From the NCBI GenBank assembly GCA_040954595.2, contig CM082598.2, positions 9,873,097 through 9,937,096 of the forward strand: a DNA stretch of 64,000 nucleotides, in the 5' to 3' direction. This document shows positions 50,301 through 60,248 of the stretch, piece after piece. The notes beneath the pieces are model-generated. The model had not been told where the DNA came from. It searched no databases and was given only the letters and a program-made list of their open reading frames with translations. A program made the translations under genes and the position numbers. The stretch is from Balanoglossus misakiensis. Its lineage: Eukaryota; Animalia; Hemichordata. Position 1 is the first letter of the stretch. Every line of letters begins with the position of its first letter.

Positions 50301-52271
50301 CTGTGCTTGTTAGACAATATAATGGGACAAGTTCAAGGTGTGAACGACTGCGGTAATGAGTTGCTCATGAAAATTCACGTCATATGAGAGGAGGTATACC
50401 GTGCGAATGCAAGCGCAGGGGGAACCCGGGGTAACCGCGTGCGGTACCGCCTACTTGAAATCGACCTCTTCCCTTAGTCAAATATTTTTTTCTTTAAAAC
50501 CGCATGCCAGATTGCTTTGCAATGTGGTAGACATGTTCGTAGGGGTAACCTTAGTAATATGTTGTAAAATAATGTGATATTTGCATAAATAGGTTATTTG
50601 GGAAACTTTTGCAATTTTTGTCAAAAATTGTTTTGTCTGAAACTGCGTGTCACATTGCATTGAATTTTGCCAGGCATGTTCCTTATAGTAATTGAAGTAA
50701 GATATTGTACAATTTTGGTGATATTTGCATATCTTTTTTTTGCCACTTTTGAAAAAAAAATTTCTTTAAAACTGCTTTGAAATTTGTTTTTTCTCTGATT
50801 GCTTTGAAATTTAGGATACAATTTCATAACACGTACATTTGCAACTTTTATTCAATTCTGATATCAGAAATATTCAATATTTAGCAAGTGTTTTGTAAGT
50901 TTCTTTGTTTTTGGTAAGCAAATCTTCTCCTAAACCAATTCTCCAGTTGTTTTGAAAGTTAGTGTTTACAAGGAGTTGTTACCCCCAACTTAGACATGTT
51001 TTTTTAACTTTAATAGGCCAGCTGTTACAGAGACCACCAGCTATTAAATTTTTAATTACCAGTGGCAGGTCAGTGAGCGTCTTTGTCTGTGTGTGTGTGT
51101 GTCTGTCTGTTCCAGGGCTGACTGAAAGAAGTTGCATGTCATATGTGTTTGTACAGACAATTTTTGGTCAAAAAATAATTTTTCTCGCACCACTTGTAAG
51201 ACTGCCATGACACATTTATTGGTCATGTTCCCTATTAATTTTTTTACATTCAACATTCTATATAGTTAAATCATATCTGCTTGCAATGTCACCTGTAATT
51301 TTTGTTCTGGTGTATCCCTATTTCTGCGTAATCCTCAAATGGGACCACAGTGTCCTTGACACTATTTTTATTCATTGCTAACCCGCATCGGCAACCTGCA
51401 ACCCGCATTTTAATGGTTTCGGTTTATGATGTGTCCTGTCTAAAACTGAAATGGCGCCAAATAATGATGTAACAATTTTCAGTGAACACATTGCAACAGT
51501 GTAAGGTCGTTTGATTTTATTTTATTCATTGCTAGCCCGCAACCCGCACATTAGTTATATCAAATTTTCGTAGCTCCATCCACCATTAATATGAGTGCAA
51601 ACAACCTGATTCCAACAGCTGGATATATAGGCTTTCCAAAAACTCCTCGGAGGGGGGGGGGGGGGGGTTCGGTCTCTGGCCCATGGACTAGCAGTCAATA
51701 TTTTACTCATCCCTGTGGGTGAAGTCTGGGAGGACTACATGTAATTGACACCTCTGATAATATGACAAAACTTCATGACCTCTGTGCGCGGTCTGTGAAG
51801 TACAGAAGTTATTTTCACGAGTGAAAGCACAGAATACTCCGCATCATGAGTTCTGTACTGCACAGATCATGCGCAGAGGTCATGGAGTTCTGGTATTATA
51901 ATTGCAGTAATTGAAGCTTCGATTGTGGCATTCGATTGTTACTACAGTAATGGGGCAGAGACTCTGCAACAAAATTATGCAACCTTTGTTATGCAAAGTA
52001 GGGTTATGTCTGATCATGTCATCAGTGGTTCAGCTGAGGTCATGAGATCGCATTGGCAATATATGAGAACACTGACCATAGTGAGAGATTTTCGGAATTT
52101 TTGAGGTACCGGAATATACTGATAATTAAATTTTAAGTTTGTTATACATATTATTGCCTATATTCAGGGAGGTACATTACTTAGACTTCCGAAGTTTGAA
52201 GTGGACATACCACTTGTACCCAAACCACCAAAACTATGTCTATTGGAGAGAGATGTTACCATGGCAAATAT
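8235..52271 (+). CDS. RMC1: RMC1 (C18orf8/Mic1) regulator of MON1-CCZ1 complex, partial gene: six internal coding exons
   Basis: Exons 8235-8311, 12093-12234, 16975-17061, 20774-20845, 24348-24416 and 52168-52271 all have AG/GT borders and compatible phases. They splice to VFAVRSRGATGVVVKGPDGKTPISFRMEDKGDVISIKFS...VLAVQRSHKTVEF...EIVFITDHGIEFYQIVPEKK...VNWFVFLPESSLLLLSSTVMGNVLHPFYFKGGTLLRLPKFEVD...LERDVTMAN, colinear with the N-terminal region of human RMC1 as I recall it. Confidence 0.95.
8786..9414 (-). mobile_element. PIF/Harbinger-type deletion derivative
   Basis: TIR gggtgcgttcgacg / cgtcgaacgcaccc, 3-bp CAG duplication; short minus-strand ORF remnant (MAAYIKRQ...VPVRIQGH). Confidence 0.7.
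10593..12030 (+). mobile_element. HINE/DINE-1-like non-autonomous Helentron, family 1
   Basis: 5' subTIR aggtcccat with a nearby inverted copy, (TGTA)n microsatellite, 3' subTIR aatgggacc plus stem-loop agtgtc-ctt-gacgct, T-rich flanks; homologous to 20973-22614 and 49605-51364. Confidence 0.8.
12093..12234 (+). CDS. RMC1: RMC1 exon (MEDKGDVISIKFSYDMKVLAVQRSHKTVEFVNFLDGCDAKEYSQSCK)
   Basis: tttgtcacag acceptor, AAG/gtatgt donor, 142 bp; first base completes the Arg codon from the previous exon. Confidence 0.93.
12973..13761 (-). pseudogene. C-terminal fragment of an Academ-type transposase with Cys-rich (CXC) tail
   Basis: IPNDTALKYHWYR...LWSQA...LPP...GY...WDS...GCKCKKTG, frameshift, then CKCKKKGMMCGPGCNCLNCVN and an acidic tail. 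Confidence 0.7.
14472..14810 (+). mobile_element. 5' part of a HINE family 2 relative
   Basis: Hairpin aggggccca-ggcgct-tgggcccct, (CTT)-rich tract, then sequence similar to the reverse complement of the 53-64 kb units; 3' extent unclear. Confidence 0.6.
16975..17061 (+). CDS. RMC1: RMC1 exon (GKTTRIIGFNWTNINEIVFITDHGIEFYQ)
   Basis: tttacag acceptor, CAG/gtatgt donor, 87 bp. Confidence 0.93.
19277..20309. mobile_element. TWA-target TIR element (Zator- or Harbinger-type MITE) with internal repeats
   Basis: TIR gggaccgttca / tgaacggtccc, TTA duplicated on both sides. Confidence 0.75.
20774..20845 (+). CDS. RMC1: RMC1 exon (IVPEKKTLKSVKTTSVSVNWFVFL)
   Basis: ctttttcag acceptor, TTG/gtaagt donor, 72 bp. 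Confidence 0.92.
20973..22614 (+). mobile_element. HINE family 1 copy containing a piggyBac MITE
   Basis: Same 5' subTIR/microsatellite and 3' stem-loop (ccgtgtc-ctt-gactcgg) as 10593-12030. Confidence 0.7.
21554..22310 (-). mobile_element. piggyBac-type non-autonomous element
   Basis: TTAA-ccct(t/c)aaag(t/c)gc termini, TTAA at 21550-21553 and 22311-22314; 21730-22060 is an inverted homologue of 9505-9825. Confidence 0.7.
22876..23940 (-). mobile_element. Solitary HINE family 2 element
   Basis: 3' stem-loop gctgc-aa-gcagc plus subTIR gggacccaagc at the left end; AAG-rich tract and a single 5' hairpin (agggaccca...tgggtctct) at the right end. Confidence 0.72.
24348..24416 (+). CDS. RMC1: RMC1 exon (PESSLLLLSSTVMGNVLHPFYFK)
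   Basis: attccag acceptor, AAG/gtaagc donor, 69 bp. Confidence 0.92.
25526..25916 (+). pseudogene. Small Cys-containing accessory ORF of the Academ element (frameshifted, probably internally deleted)
   Basis: IKIAVTEEQEKAL... then CEFCFCSPCVTTHRQSWL / VRGLYPNLSAVSYVGHKWH; GC-richer than flanks, just inside the left TIR. Confidence 0.5.
27150..27261 (+). repeat. 5' LTR of Gypsy element (112 bp)
   Basis: TGTAA...TTACA ends, internal aataaa, directly followed by the primer-binding site. Confidence 0.75.
27262..27273 (+). other. Primer-binding site complementary to tRNA-Leu 3' end
   Basis: TGGTGTCAGAAG between the LTR and the gag ATG (27301). Confidence 0.8.
27611..27924. mobile_element. Hairpin-ended Crypton-like non-autonomous element inserted in gag
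   Basis: Removal restores ENIDQYVTDLK with no obvious TSD; IR ttatattataccagtatattg / caatatactggcataatataa, then a ~140-bp palindrome 27779-27921. Confidence 0.7.
28283..31281. mobile_element. Non-autonomous Academ-type element inserted in the gag zinc-knuckle region
   Basis: tagtcaagtagaac / gttctacttgacta ends, more than 200 bp of imperfect TIR, ATT 3-bp duplication; removal restores GKICHKC. Confidence 0.85.
31282..33323 (+). pseudogene. Gypsy pol segment: protease, reverse transcriptase, RNase H
   Basis: ORFs 31321-32043, 32050-32367 and 32461-33111 share one frame, separated by single stops; frameshift near 33095. Confidence 0.93.
33324..35306. mobile_element. Non-autonomous TIR element with CAGTC termini inserted in pol
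   Basis: Perfect 21-bp TIR cagtcttcggactgagcgcga; pol resumes as YWNYR|DELSVYDD; TSD not clean (aga/aag). Confidence 0.8.
35307..36089 (+). pseudogene. Gypsy integrase (zinc-binding + rve core), frameshifted
   Basis: IHDAHL...RARDVLFWP...CSIC, ADLF, VDYYS, SDNGP, HVTSSPRYPKSNGMSE motifs. Confidence 0.9.
36375..37506 (+). mobile_element. TA-flanked TIR element carrying a non-transposase ORF
   Basis: About 70-bp TIR ct(g/a)tcgttcccatctggattcgaacgataatgttgatctaaatgtta; TA on both sides. Confidence 0.8.
36678..37274 (+). CDS. Transposon-borne ORF, 198 aa from ATG; possible PB1/ubiquitin-like N-terminal domain plus coiled coil
   Basis: Open frame with aacATGg context; FKVEFSY...LQVMDYEGQRIDL pattern resembles the PB1 acidic loop; probably 3'-truncated. 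Confidence 0.5.
   Translation: MAEYMFKVEFSYYSQTRIVPVFISDEDFHSMSYSDFENRITSDTPYLRRMVSLRLQVMDYEGQRIDLPTTNRFRQLIDDNASKKGGTLNVKLFVLDGTSPSIKRSHSGDSEIDHCTPQSHSIASKRTRTKLQYAQDERGPEVNKLKPTDGPTIENRRDVLGEKLDTLTKAKIVMERELTDLAVRRQRAKGKDWTRTRR
38199..40315. mobile_element. Non-autonomous TIR element with CAGTC termini and 4-bp TSD
   Basis: TIR cagtcagatcgca(t/c)ggt(a/g)ctcatt; AGTT duplicated; the empty site catcagtttggtgacc is visible in the sibling repeat at ~38035. Confidence 0.8.
38995..39637. repeat. 321-bp tandem duplication, apparently identical
   Basis: 38995-39315 is repeated at 39316-39636; identical 66-aa ORFs 321 bp apart. Confidence 0.92.
41558..44974 (-). pseudogene. LINE ORF2: apurinic-like endonuclease, reverse transcriptase, C-terminal Cys/His motif
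   Basis: NVRGL, GDFNAR, SDH, GVRQGCILSP, YADD, GHQLSIETGR...CEIC...EDEYHFLFEC; in-frame stops at 44606 and 42293 and a frameshift near the C-terminus. Confidence 0.93.
45085..47361 (-). pseudogene. LINE ORF1: hydrophobic leader, 2A-like motif, coiled coil, L1-like RRM/CTD; interrupted by a 1-kb insertion
   Basis: MGVALNAWRCRIGCF...LLLSGDIESNPGP...KRNNIIVHGIAES...|ELERAHHL...PRPIIAK...IAEDFSARV; stop at 45299. Confidence 0.85.
45433..46441. mobile_element. Hairpin-ended Crypton-like element inserted in LINE ORF1
   Basis: Palindrome 45436-45576, then attattttatagttttgtcaatgccagtgaattt, which pairs with aaattcactggtattgataaagctataatataat at 46408-46441. Confidence 0.7.
47685..48420 (-). pseudogene. 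Academ transposase remnant (with a ~235-bp local duplication)
   Basis: TNYARYMPV...MERIP...GDFMANLS...KGAGGVIGL...ALEKW pattern typical of Academ transposases; 48050-48278 is repeated at 48280-48507. Confidence 0.7.
49605..51364 (+). mobile_element. HINE family 1 copy inserted in the right TIR of the Academ element
   Basis: Colinear with 10593-12030 from subTIR to 3' stem-loop. Confidence 0.82.
50141..50473. mobile_element. Harbinger-type MITE
   Basis: TIR gggaagaggtc(c/g)atttc(c/a)agtaggcggt; TTA duplicated; absent from the sibling HINE at ~11130. Confidence 0.8.
51757..52130. mobile_element. Degenerate hairpin-ended Crypton-like element
   Basis: Imperfect palindrome 51757-51902 (catgacctctgtgcgcggtctgtg / cacagatcatgcgcagaggtcatg) with a weak distal IR near 52115-52130. 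Confidence 0.45.
52168..52271 (+). CDS. RMC1: RMC1 exon (GGTLLRLPKFEVDIPLVPKPPKLCLLERDVTMAN)
   Basis: tattcag acceptor, AT/gtaagt donor, 104 bp. Confidence 0.92.
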
Positions 52272-52350
52272 GTAAGTAATAATGTCATTGAAATAATTGA
52301 AAGTGTTTTATATGCCTTGTGTTATACATGTACTTATAAATGTTAAATTA

Positions 52351-53287
52351 CCGTATATTCTCACAAATAAGGGCCACTTTTTAACCATTTCAAATTTTGG
52401 TGGCGCCTAAACAAAGGCAGAAATGAGTCTTTCAAGAACCGATGGCGCTTATTCATGGGTCGCCCTGTATACTGTACCCTGTTGATTCATATGCAAATGA
52501 TTTGGGACGTTCCAATCTCTGTTCTCGTAAGGGGGTGTCCGCAGTGAATGAATGGCTGTTTCAAATTCATACGTAAAGTGTTAACATTTTCTATTCAAAT
52601 ACAGTCAGTTCAATGTATTGTCTAATAAATATTCCAGAAATAAAAAGTTGTCAACGAAGTGAATACTACGAGCAGCATTACAGTATGCTGGCTGAACCAT
52701 CAACAAAATCTACTGACGTATAGTGGTTTAGTCCAAGTGCGTCTTTGTCATGCTCCCACAGTGTAAGGTCAGGCGAGGTTGCGTGAATACTCAGGTTGCG
52801 TGAATATTCATGAGAAAATTAATACCGCAAACATTCACAACTTGAAACTAGTCCTATTATTTCAAAGCCCTGGCCATATGGTCAAACTTGGGTGGTAGTG
52901 CCGGTAACGGTAACGTAAGCGGCTGCCGATCGATCGACAGGAAAAAGACCAGTGTCTAGACGCCCGGCACCTGTGTCTTTTGCAGTGAATAATAATTTAC
53001 ATAAATTAGGAGGTTGACATGTGCCCGATTTCATCTTGTAAATAAATAGCACATCATCCCAAAGCATGCATTGTCTGCTCAGGTCAATTATTATTCATGC
53101 AGCAAGCCCCCGTTGATTTTGACAAGACCCCTAAACCGGTGTTACCTCGGTAGTACTTGCCATGATTCACGTACGTCCACACACCTCAAAAAAAAAAAAT
53201 CATGGCCTTAATTTTAAGTAAAAAGTAGCAAAGTCAGGTATCACTGGCGCCTAATCATGTGTAGCGCTTATTTGTGAGAATATACGG
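52351..53287. mobile_element. pogo/Tc1-mariner-type MITE
   Basis: TA-ccgtatattctcacaaataag / cttatttgtgagaatatacgg-TA. Confidence 0.8.
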
Positions 53288-53395
53288 TAGTACAGTTTCT
53301 AAATACGGTGAAATCGATCAAATAAAAGGGGCGCTTTGGGGCTCCCATGCAATTTCACACACATTATATATTAGTCTTTCAAAATATACACATAA

Positions 53396-56300
53396 ATATA
53401 GCTGCAAGCAGCGATGACGGGCACAAGCTTAAGCCGAAGGTCAAAGGTCATATGTGGTAACCCAAAATTTGGGCAAAAAGTTTTGATCCCAATACTAGTC
53501 CAGGTCCAACAGAAACCAGACCTCTAGCCCTATTGGCTTGTCTGAAATTAGATATGCGCATAATGAATGATGTAAAGTGTAAGACTCCATTAATAGTTCG
53601 ATCCATCCAAACACAAATGCTGTACCTGTTCTGGATGCCGAGATATAGGAAAGAAGGTCAAAGGTCACCTGAGGCCACCCGAAAGTTGGGCAAAAATTTT
53701 TGACCCCATACTAGTCCAGGTCCAACAAAAACCAGACCTCTAGCCCTATTGGCTCGCCTAGAATTAGATATGCACATAATTAATGAGGTAAAGTATAAGG
53801 CTCCATTAGGAGTTCCATGCCTCCAAATGCAATGCCTGTATCTGCGTGGGTTGCCGAGATATGGTAAAGTAGGTCAAAGGTCACCTGAGGTCACCCAAAA
53901 TTGGGCAAGAAATTTTAACCCCATACTGGTCCATGTTCAACAAAAATCAAACCTCTAGCCCTATTGGCTAGCCTGGAATTAGGTATGCACATAATTAATG
54001 AGATAAGCAGGTGTCACAGGTGACCCCCAATTTTGTCTTTTCAATTTTAGTCACAACCCTCCATACGCCAAGTCTGTACCTGCTGTGGATGCCAAGATAT
54101 AGGAAAGTAGGTCAAAGGTCACCTGAGGTCACCCAAAATTTGGGCAAACATTTTTGATCCCATACTGCTCCATGTCCCACAAGAACAAAACCTCTAGCTG
54201 TATTAGTTAGCCTGGAATTAGGTATGCACATAATTAATGAGTTAAGCAGGTGTTACAGGTGAGCCGAAAATTTTGCCTTTTATTGTGGTCCCATTCTGCT
54301 CACGGGCCAATAGAGAGTCACTGTACAGGACCATTGCACAGACGTGGACATAGCGTCATAGCTTAACTATAGAAAGTATAGGCCCATGGCTGGGTCCAAA
54401 AAATATGAAATATAATATTTAAAAATCTTCTTCTCAAAATTGACTTGGCCCAGAGCCTTGAAATTTAGCATGTAGGACACTGACCATATGGTCTGCAAAA
54501 TGATTGCACAGAATTTTGATATTGTCATTCATATGCAAGTTAGGCCCATTTGAAAACTTTGCCCATATATGGTCATCAGGTCATGTGACTAATTACACAT
54601 TCACGAGGGTACTGCACGAGCTCTCATAGACCTGCACCATTGTGCCAAGTTTGAGATTTGTAGGTTCAGCCGTTTTCAAGATCTACCTGAGCAAAAAAAC
54701 TACACAAGAAAAAAAAAAAAAAAAATATAGCTGCAAGCAGCAATAGCGGGCCCAAGCCAACATAGCACATAGCACATAGCAACATAGCAATAAGCATATC
54801 TGCTCTGGATGCCAAGATATTGTTAAGTAGGTCAAAGGTCACATGAGGTCATGCAAAATTTGGGCCAGAAATTTTGACCCTATACTGGTCCATGTTCAAC
54901 AAGTACCAAACCTATAGTCCTATTGGTTAGCCTGGAATTAGGTATGCACATAATTAATGAGGAAGGCAGGTGTCACAGGTGATCCCCAATTTTTGCTTTT
55001 CAATTTTAGTCCCAACCCTCCAAACGCCAAGTCTGTACCTGCTCTACATGCCAAGATCTGGTAAAGTAGGTCAAAGGTCACCCGAGGTCAAGCAAAATTT
55101 GGGCAAGAAATTTTGAACCTATACTGGTCCATGTTCAACAAAAACCAAACCTATAGCCCTATTGGTTAGCCTGGAATTAGGTATGCACATAATAAATGAG
55201 ATATACAGGTGTCACAGGTGACCCCCATTTTGGCTTTTCAATTTTAGTCCCAACCCTCCAAACGCCAAGTCTGTACCTGCTCTGGATGCCGAGATATAGG
55301 AAAGTAGGTCAAAGGTCACCTGAGGTCACCCAAAATTTGGGCAAGAAATTTTGACCCTATACTGGTCCATGTCCCACAAGAACGAAACCTCTAGCCCTCT
55401 TAGTTAGCCCAGAATTAGGTATGCACATAATTAATGAGTTAAGCAGGTGTTACAGGTGAGCCTAAAATTTTGCCTTTTATTTTGGTGCCATTGTGCTCAC
55501 TGACCAATAGATAGTCACTGTACAAGACTATTGCACAGACCAGAATTCCACAATAAGACATGGACATAGCTTAACCATAGAGGTATAAGTAAAGGTATAA
55601 ATTTAATAAAAAAATTGATATAAAAAAATCGGTCGATTTTTCATATTATTTTTTTCCGCTTAAAATTATTGACAAATGCTAGGCTAGCTGCACACCAAAG
55701 TTGGAGATGATCGGCCTAACAGATTTTGAGATATGTATGCATATTTATCCAAAATAATATGTTGTCATAGCTTTACTATGTAAAGTATAGGCACATGGCT
55801 TGGGCGAAAAATATGAAAAATAATACTTAAAAATCTTCTTCTCAAAATTGACATGGCCTATGGCCTTGACATTTGGCATGTAGAACCCTGGCTATGTGGT
55901 CCACAAAGCATCTGAACAGAATTTTGATATCTCCATTCATATGGAAATTAGGTCGATTTGAAAATTTTGCCCATATATGGTCATCAGGTCACATGACTTA
56001 TTAAACATTCACAAGGGTACTGCACCAGCTCTCATTGGCCTGCACCATTGTGCTAAGTTTGAAATTGGTAGGTTCAGCCGTTCTCCAGATCTACTTGACA
56101 AAAAAAACGGCACAAGAAGAAAAAGAAGAAATATAGCTGCAAGCAGCGATGACGGGCCCAAGCTTAAGCCGAAGGTCAAAGGTCATAAGCGGTCACCCGA
56201 AATTTTGGCAAGAAATTTTGACCCCATACTGGTCCGTGTCCCACAAGAACAAAATCTCTAGCCCTATTGGTTCGCCTACAATTAGGTATGCGCATAATTA

Positions 56301-57680
56301 ATGAGATAAAGTGTAAGGCTCCATCAGGAGTTCCATCCCTCCAAATGCCAAGGCTGTATCTGCTGTGGATGCCGAGATATGGTAAATTAGGTCAAAGGTC
56401 ACCTGAGGTCACCCAAAATTTGGGCAAAAAATTTTGACCCCATACTGGTCCATGTTCAGCATAAATCAAACCTCTAGCCCTATTGGTTAGCCTGGAATTA
56501 GGTATGCACATAATTAATGAGATAAGCAGGTGTCACAGGTGACCCCAATTTTGGCTTTTCAATTTTAGTCCCAACCCTCCAAACGCCAAGTCTGTACCTG
56601 CTCTGGATGCGGAAATATAGGAAAGTAGGTCAAAGGTCACCTGAGGTCATCCAAAATTTAGGCAATTTTTTTTAACCCCATACTGGTCCATGTCCCACAA
56701 GCACGAAACCTCTAACCCTACTGGTTAGCCTGTAATTAGGTATGCACATAATTAATGAGATATGCAGGTGTCACAGGTGACCCCCATTTTGGCTTTTCAA
56801 CTTTAGTCCCAACCCTCCAAACGCCAAGTCTGTACCTGCTGTGGATGCCGAGATATAGGAAAGTAGGTCAATGGTCACCTGAGGTCACCCAAAATTTGGG
56901 CAAGAAATTTTGACCCTATACTGGTCCATGTCTCACAAGAACGAAACCTCTAGCCCTCTTAGTTAGCCCAGAATTAGGTATGCACATAATTAATGAGTTA
57001 AGCAGGTGTTACAGGTGAGACTAAACTTGTGCCTTTTATTTTGGTGCTATTGTGCTCACTGACCAATAGACAGTCACTGTACAGGACTATTGCACAGACC
57101 TGAATTCCACAATAAGACATAGACATAGCTTAACCATAGAGGTATAATTAAAGGTATAAATTTAATAAAAAAATTAATATAAAAAAATCGGTCGATTTTT
57201 CATATTATTTTTTTTCGCTTAAAATTATTGACAAATGCTAGGCTAGCTGCACACCAAAGTTGGAGATGGTCGGCCTAACAGATTTTGAGATATGTATGCA
57301 TATTTATCCAAAATACGATGTGGTCATAGCTTTACTATGTGAAGTATAGGCCGATGGCTTGGGCGAAAAAAATATGAAAAATAATACTTAAAAATCTTCT
57401 TCTCAAAATTGACATGGCCTATGGCCTTGACATTTGGCATGTAGAACCCTGGCCATATGGCCCACAAAGTATCTTAACAGAATTTTGATATCTCCATTCA
57501 TATGCAAATTAGGCCAAATTGAAAATTTTGCCCATATATGGTCATCAGGTCACATGACTAATTACACATTCACAAGGGTACTGCACCAGCTCTCATAGCC
57601 CTGCACCATTGTGCCAAATGTGAGATTTGTAGGTTCAGCCGTTTTCAAGATCTAGCTGGACAAAAAAACGACACAAGAAG

Positions 57681-57712
<32 letters not shown>

Positions 57713-60216
57713 GAAATATAGCTGCAAGCAGCGATGACGGGCCCAAGCTTAAGCCGAAGGTCAAAGGTCATAAGCGGTCACCCGAAATTTGGGCAAGAAA
57801 TTTGACCCCATACTGGTCCGTGTCCCACAAGAACAAAATCTCTAGCCCTATTGGTTCGCCCACAATTAGGTATGCGCATAATTAATGAGATAAAGTGTAA
57901 GGCTCCATCAGGAGTTCCATCCCTCCAAATGCCAAGGCTGTATCTGCTGTGGATGCCGAGATCTGGTAAAGTAGGTCAAAGGTCACCTGAGGTCATGCAA
58001 AATTTTGGCAAGAAATGTTGACCCTATACTGGTCCATATCCAACAAGAACGAAACCTCTAGCCCTCTTAGTTAGCCCAGAATTAGGTATGCACATAATTA
58101 ATGAGTTAAGCAGGTGTTACAGGTGAGCCCAAACTTGTGCCTGTTATTTTGGTCCCATTGTGCTCACTGCCCAATACACAGTCACTGTACAGGACCGTTG
58201 CACAGACCAGAATTCCACACTAAGACGTGTAGTGTTCATAGCTTAACTATAGAGGTATAAGTAAAAAGGTATAAATTTAATTTAAAAAATTAATATAAAA
58301 AAATCAGTCGATTTTTCATTATATTTTTTTTCGCCTAAAATGATTGACAAATGCTAGGCTAGCTGCACACCAAAGTTTGAGATGATCAGCCTAACAGATT
58401 TTGAGATATGTATGCATATTTATCCAAAATAATATGTGGTCATAGCTTTACTATGTAAAGTATAGGCCGATGGCTTGGGCGAAAAATATGAAAAATAATA
58501 CTTAAAAATCTTCTCCTCAAAATTGACATGGCCTATGGCCTTGACATTTGGCATGTAGAACCCTGGCCATATGGTCCATAAAGTATCTGAACAGAATTTT
58601 GATATCTCAATTCATATGCAAATTAGGGCGATTTGAAAATTTTGCCCATATATGGTCATCAGGTCACGTGACTAATTAAACATTCACGAGGGTACTGCAC
58701 CAGTTCTCATTGGTCTGTACCATTGTGCTAAGTTTGAAATTGGTAGGTTCAGCCGTTCTCCAGATCTAGCTGGACAAAAAAACGACACAAGAAGAAGAAG
58801 AAGAAGAAGTAGAAGAATATAGCTGCAAGCAGCAATAGCGGGCCCAAGCCAACATAGCACATAGCACATAGCAACATAGCAATAAGCATATCTACTCTGG
58901 ATGCCAAGATATGGTAAAGTAGGTCAAAGGTCAACTGAGTTCATGCAAAATTTGGGCAAGAAATTTTCACCCTATACTGGTCCATGTTCAACAAAAACCA
59001 AACCTATAGCCCTATTGGTTAGCCTGGAATTAGGTATGCACATAATTAATGAGGTAGGCAGGTGTCACAGGTGATCCCCAATTTTGGCTTTTCAATTTTA
59101 GTCCCAACCCTCAAAACGCCAAGTCTGTACCTGCTCTGGATGCCAAGATCTGGTAAAGTAGGTCAAAGGTCACCTAAGGTCAAGCAAAATTTGGGCAAGA
59201 AATTTTGAACCTATACTGGTCCATGTTCAACAAAAACCAAACCTATAGCCCTATTGGTTAGCCTGGAATTAGGTATGCACATAATTAATGAGATATACAG
59301 GTGTCACAGGTGTCCCCATTTTGGCTTTTCAATTTTAGTCCCAACCATCCAAACGCCAAGTCTGTACCTGCTCTGGATGCCGAGATATAGGAAAGTAGGT
59401 CAAAGGTCACCTGAGGTCACCCAAAATTTGGGCAAGAAATTTTGACCCTATACTGGTCCATGTCCCACAAGAACGAAACCTCTAGCCCTCTTAGTTAGCC
59501 CAGAATTAGGTATGCACATAATTAATGAGTTAAGCAGGTGTTACAGGTGACTATGAGCCTAAAATTTTGCCTTTTATTTTGGTGCCATTGTGCTCACTCA
59601 CCAATAGACAGTCACTGTACAGGACTATTGCACAGACCAGAATTCCACAATAAGACGTGGACATAGCTTAACTATGGAGGTATAAGTAAAGGTATAAATT
59701 TAATAAAAAAATTAATATAAAAAAATCGGTTGATTTTTCATACTATTTTTTTTCGCTTAAAATGATTAACAAATGCTAGGCTAGCTGCACAGCAACTTTG
59801 GAATTGATCGGCCGAATAGATTTTGAGATATGTATGCATATTTATCCAAAATAATCTGTGGTCATAGCTTAACTATGTAAAGTATAGGCCCATGGCTTGG
59901 GCGAAAAATATGGAAAATAATACTTAAAAATCTTCTTCTCAAAATTGACATGGCTTATGGCCTTGACATTTGGCATGTAGAACCCTGGCCATATGGTCCA
60001 CAAAGCATCTGAACAGAATGTTGATATCTCCATTCATATGCAAATTAGGCCAAATTGAAAATTTTGCCCATATATGGTCATCAGGTCACATGACTAATTA
60101 CACATTCACAAGGGTACTGCACCAGCTCTCATAGGCCTGCACCATTGTGCCAAATGTGAGATTTGTAGGTTCAGCCGTTTTCAAGATCTAGCTGGACAAA
60201 AAAACGACACAAGAAG

Positions 60217-60248
<32 letters not shown>

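Larger units (their letters stand above)
24521..51690 (-). mobile_element. Academ-type DNA transposon (decayed) hosting about 20 kb of nested insertions
   Basis: Termini tagtccatgggccagagaccgaa / ttcggtctctggcccatggacta; GCA duplicated at 24518-24520 and 51691-51693. Long TIR: 24521-25290 matches reversed 51560-51690 and 49060-49600. Transposase remnants at 47685-48420. Confidence 0.88.
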
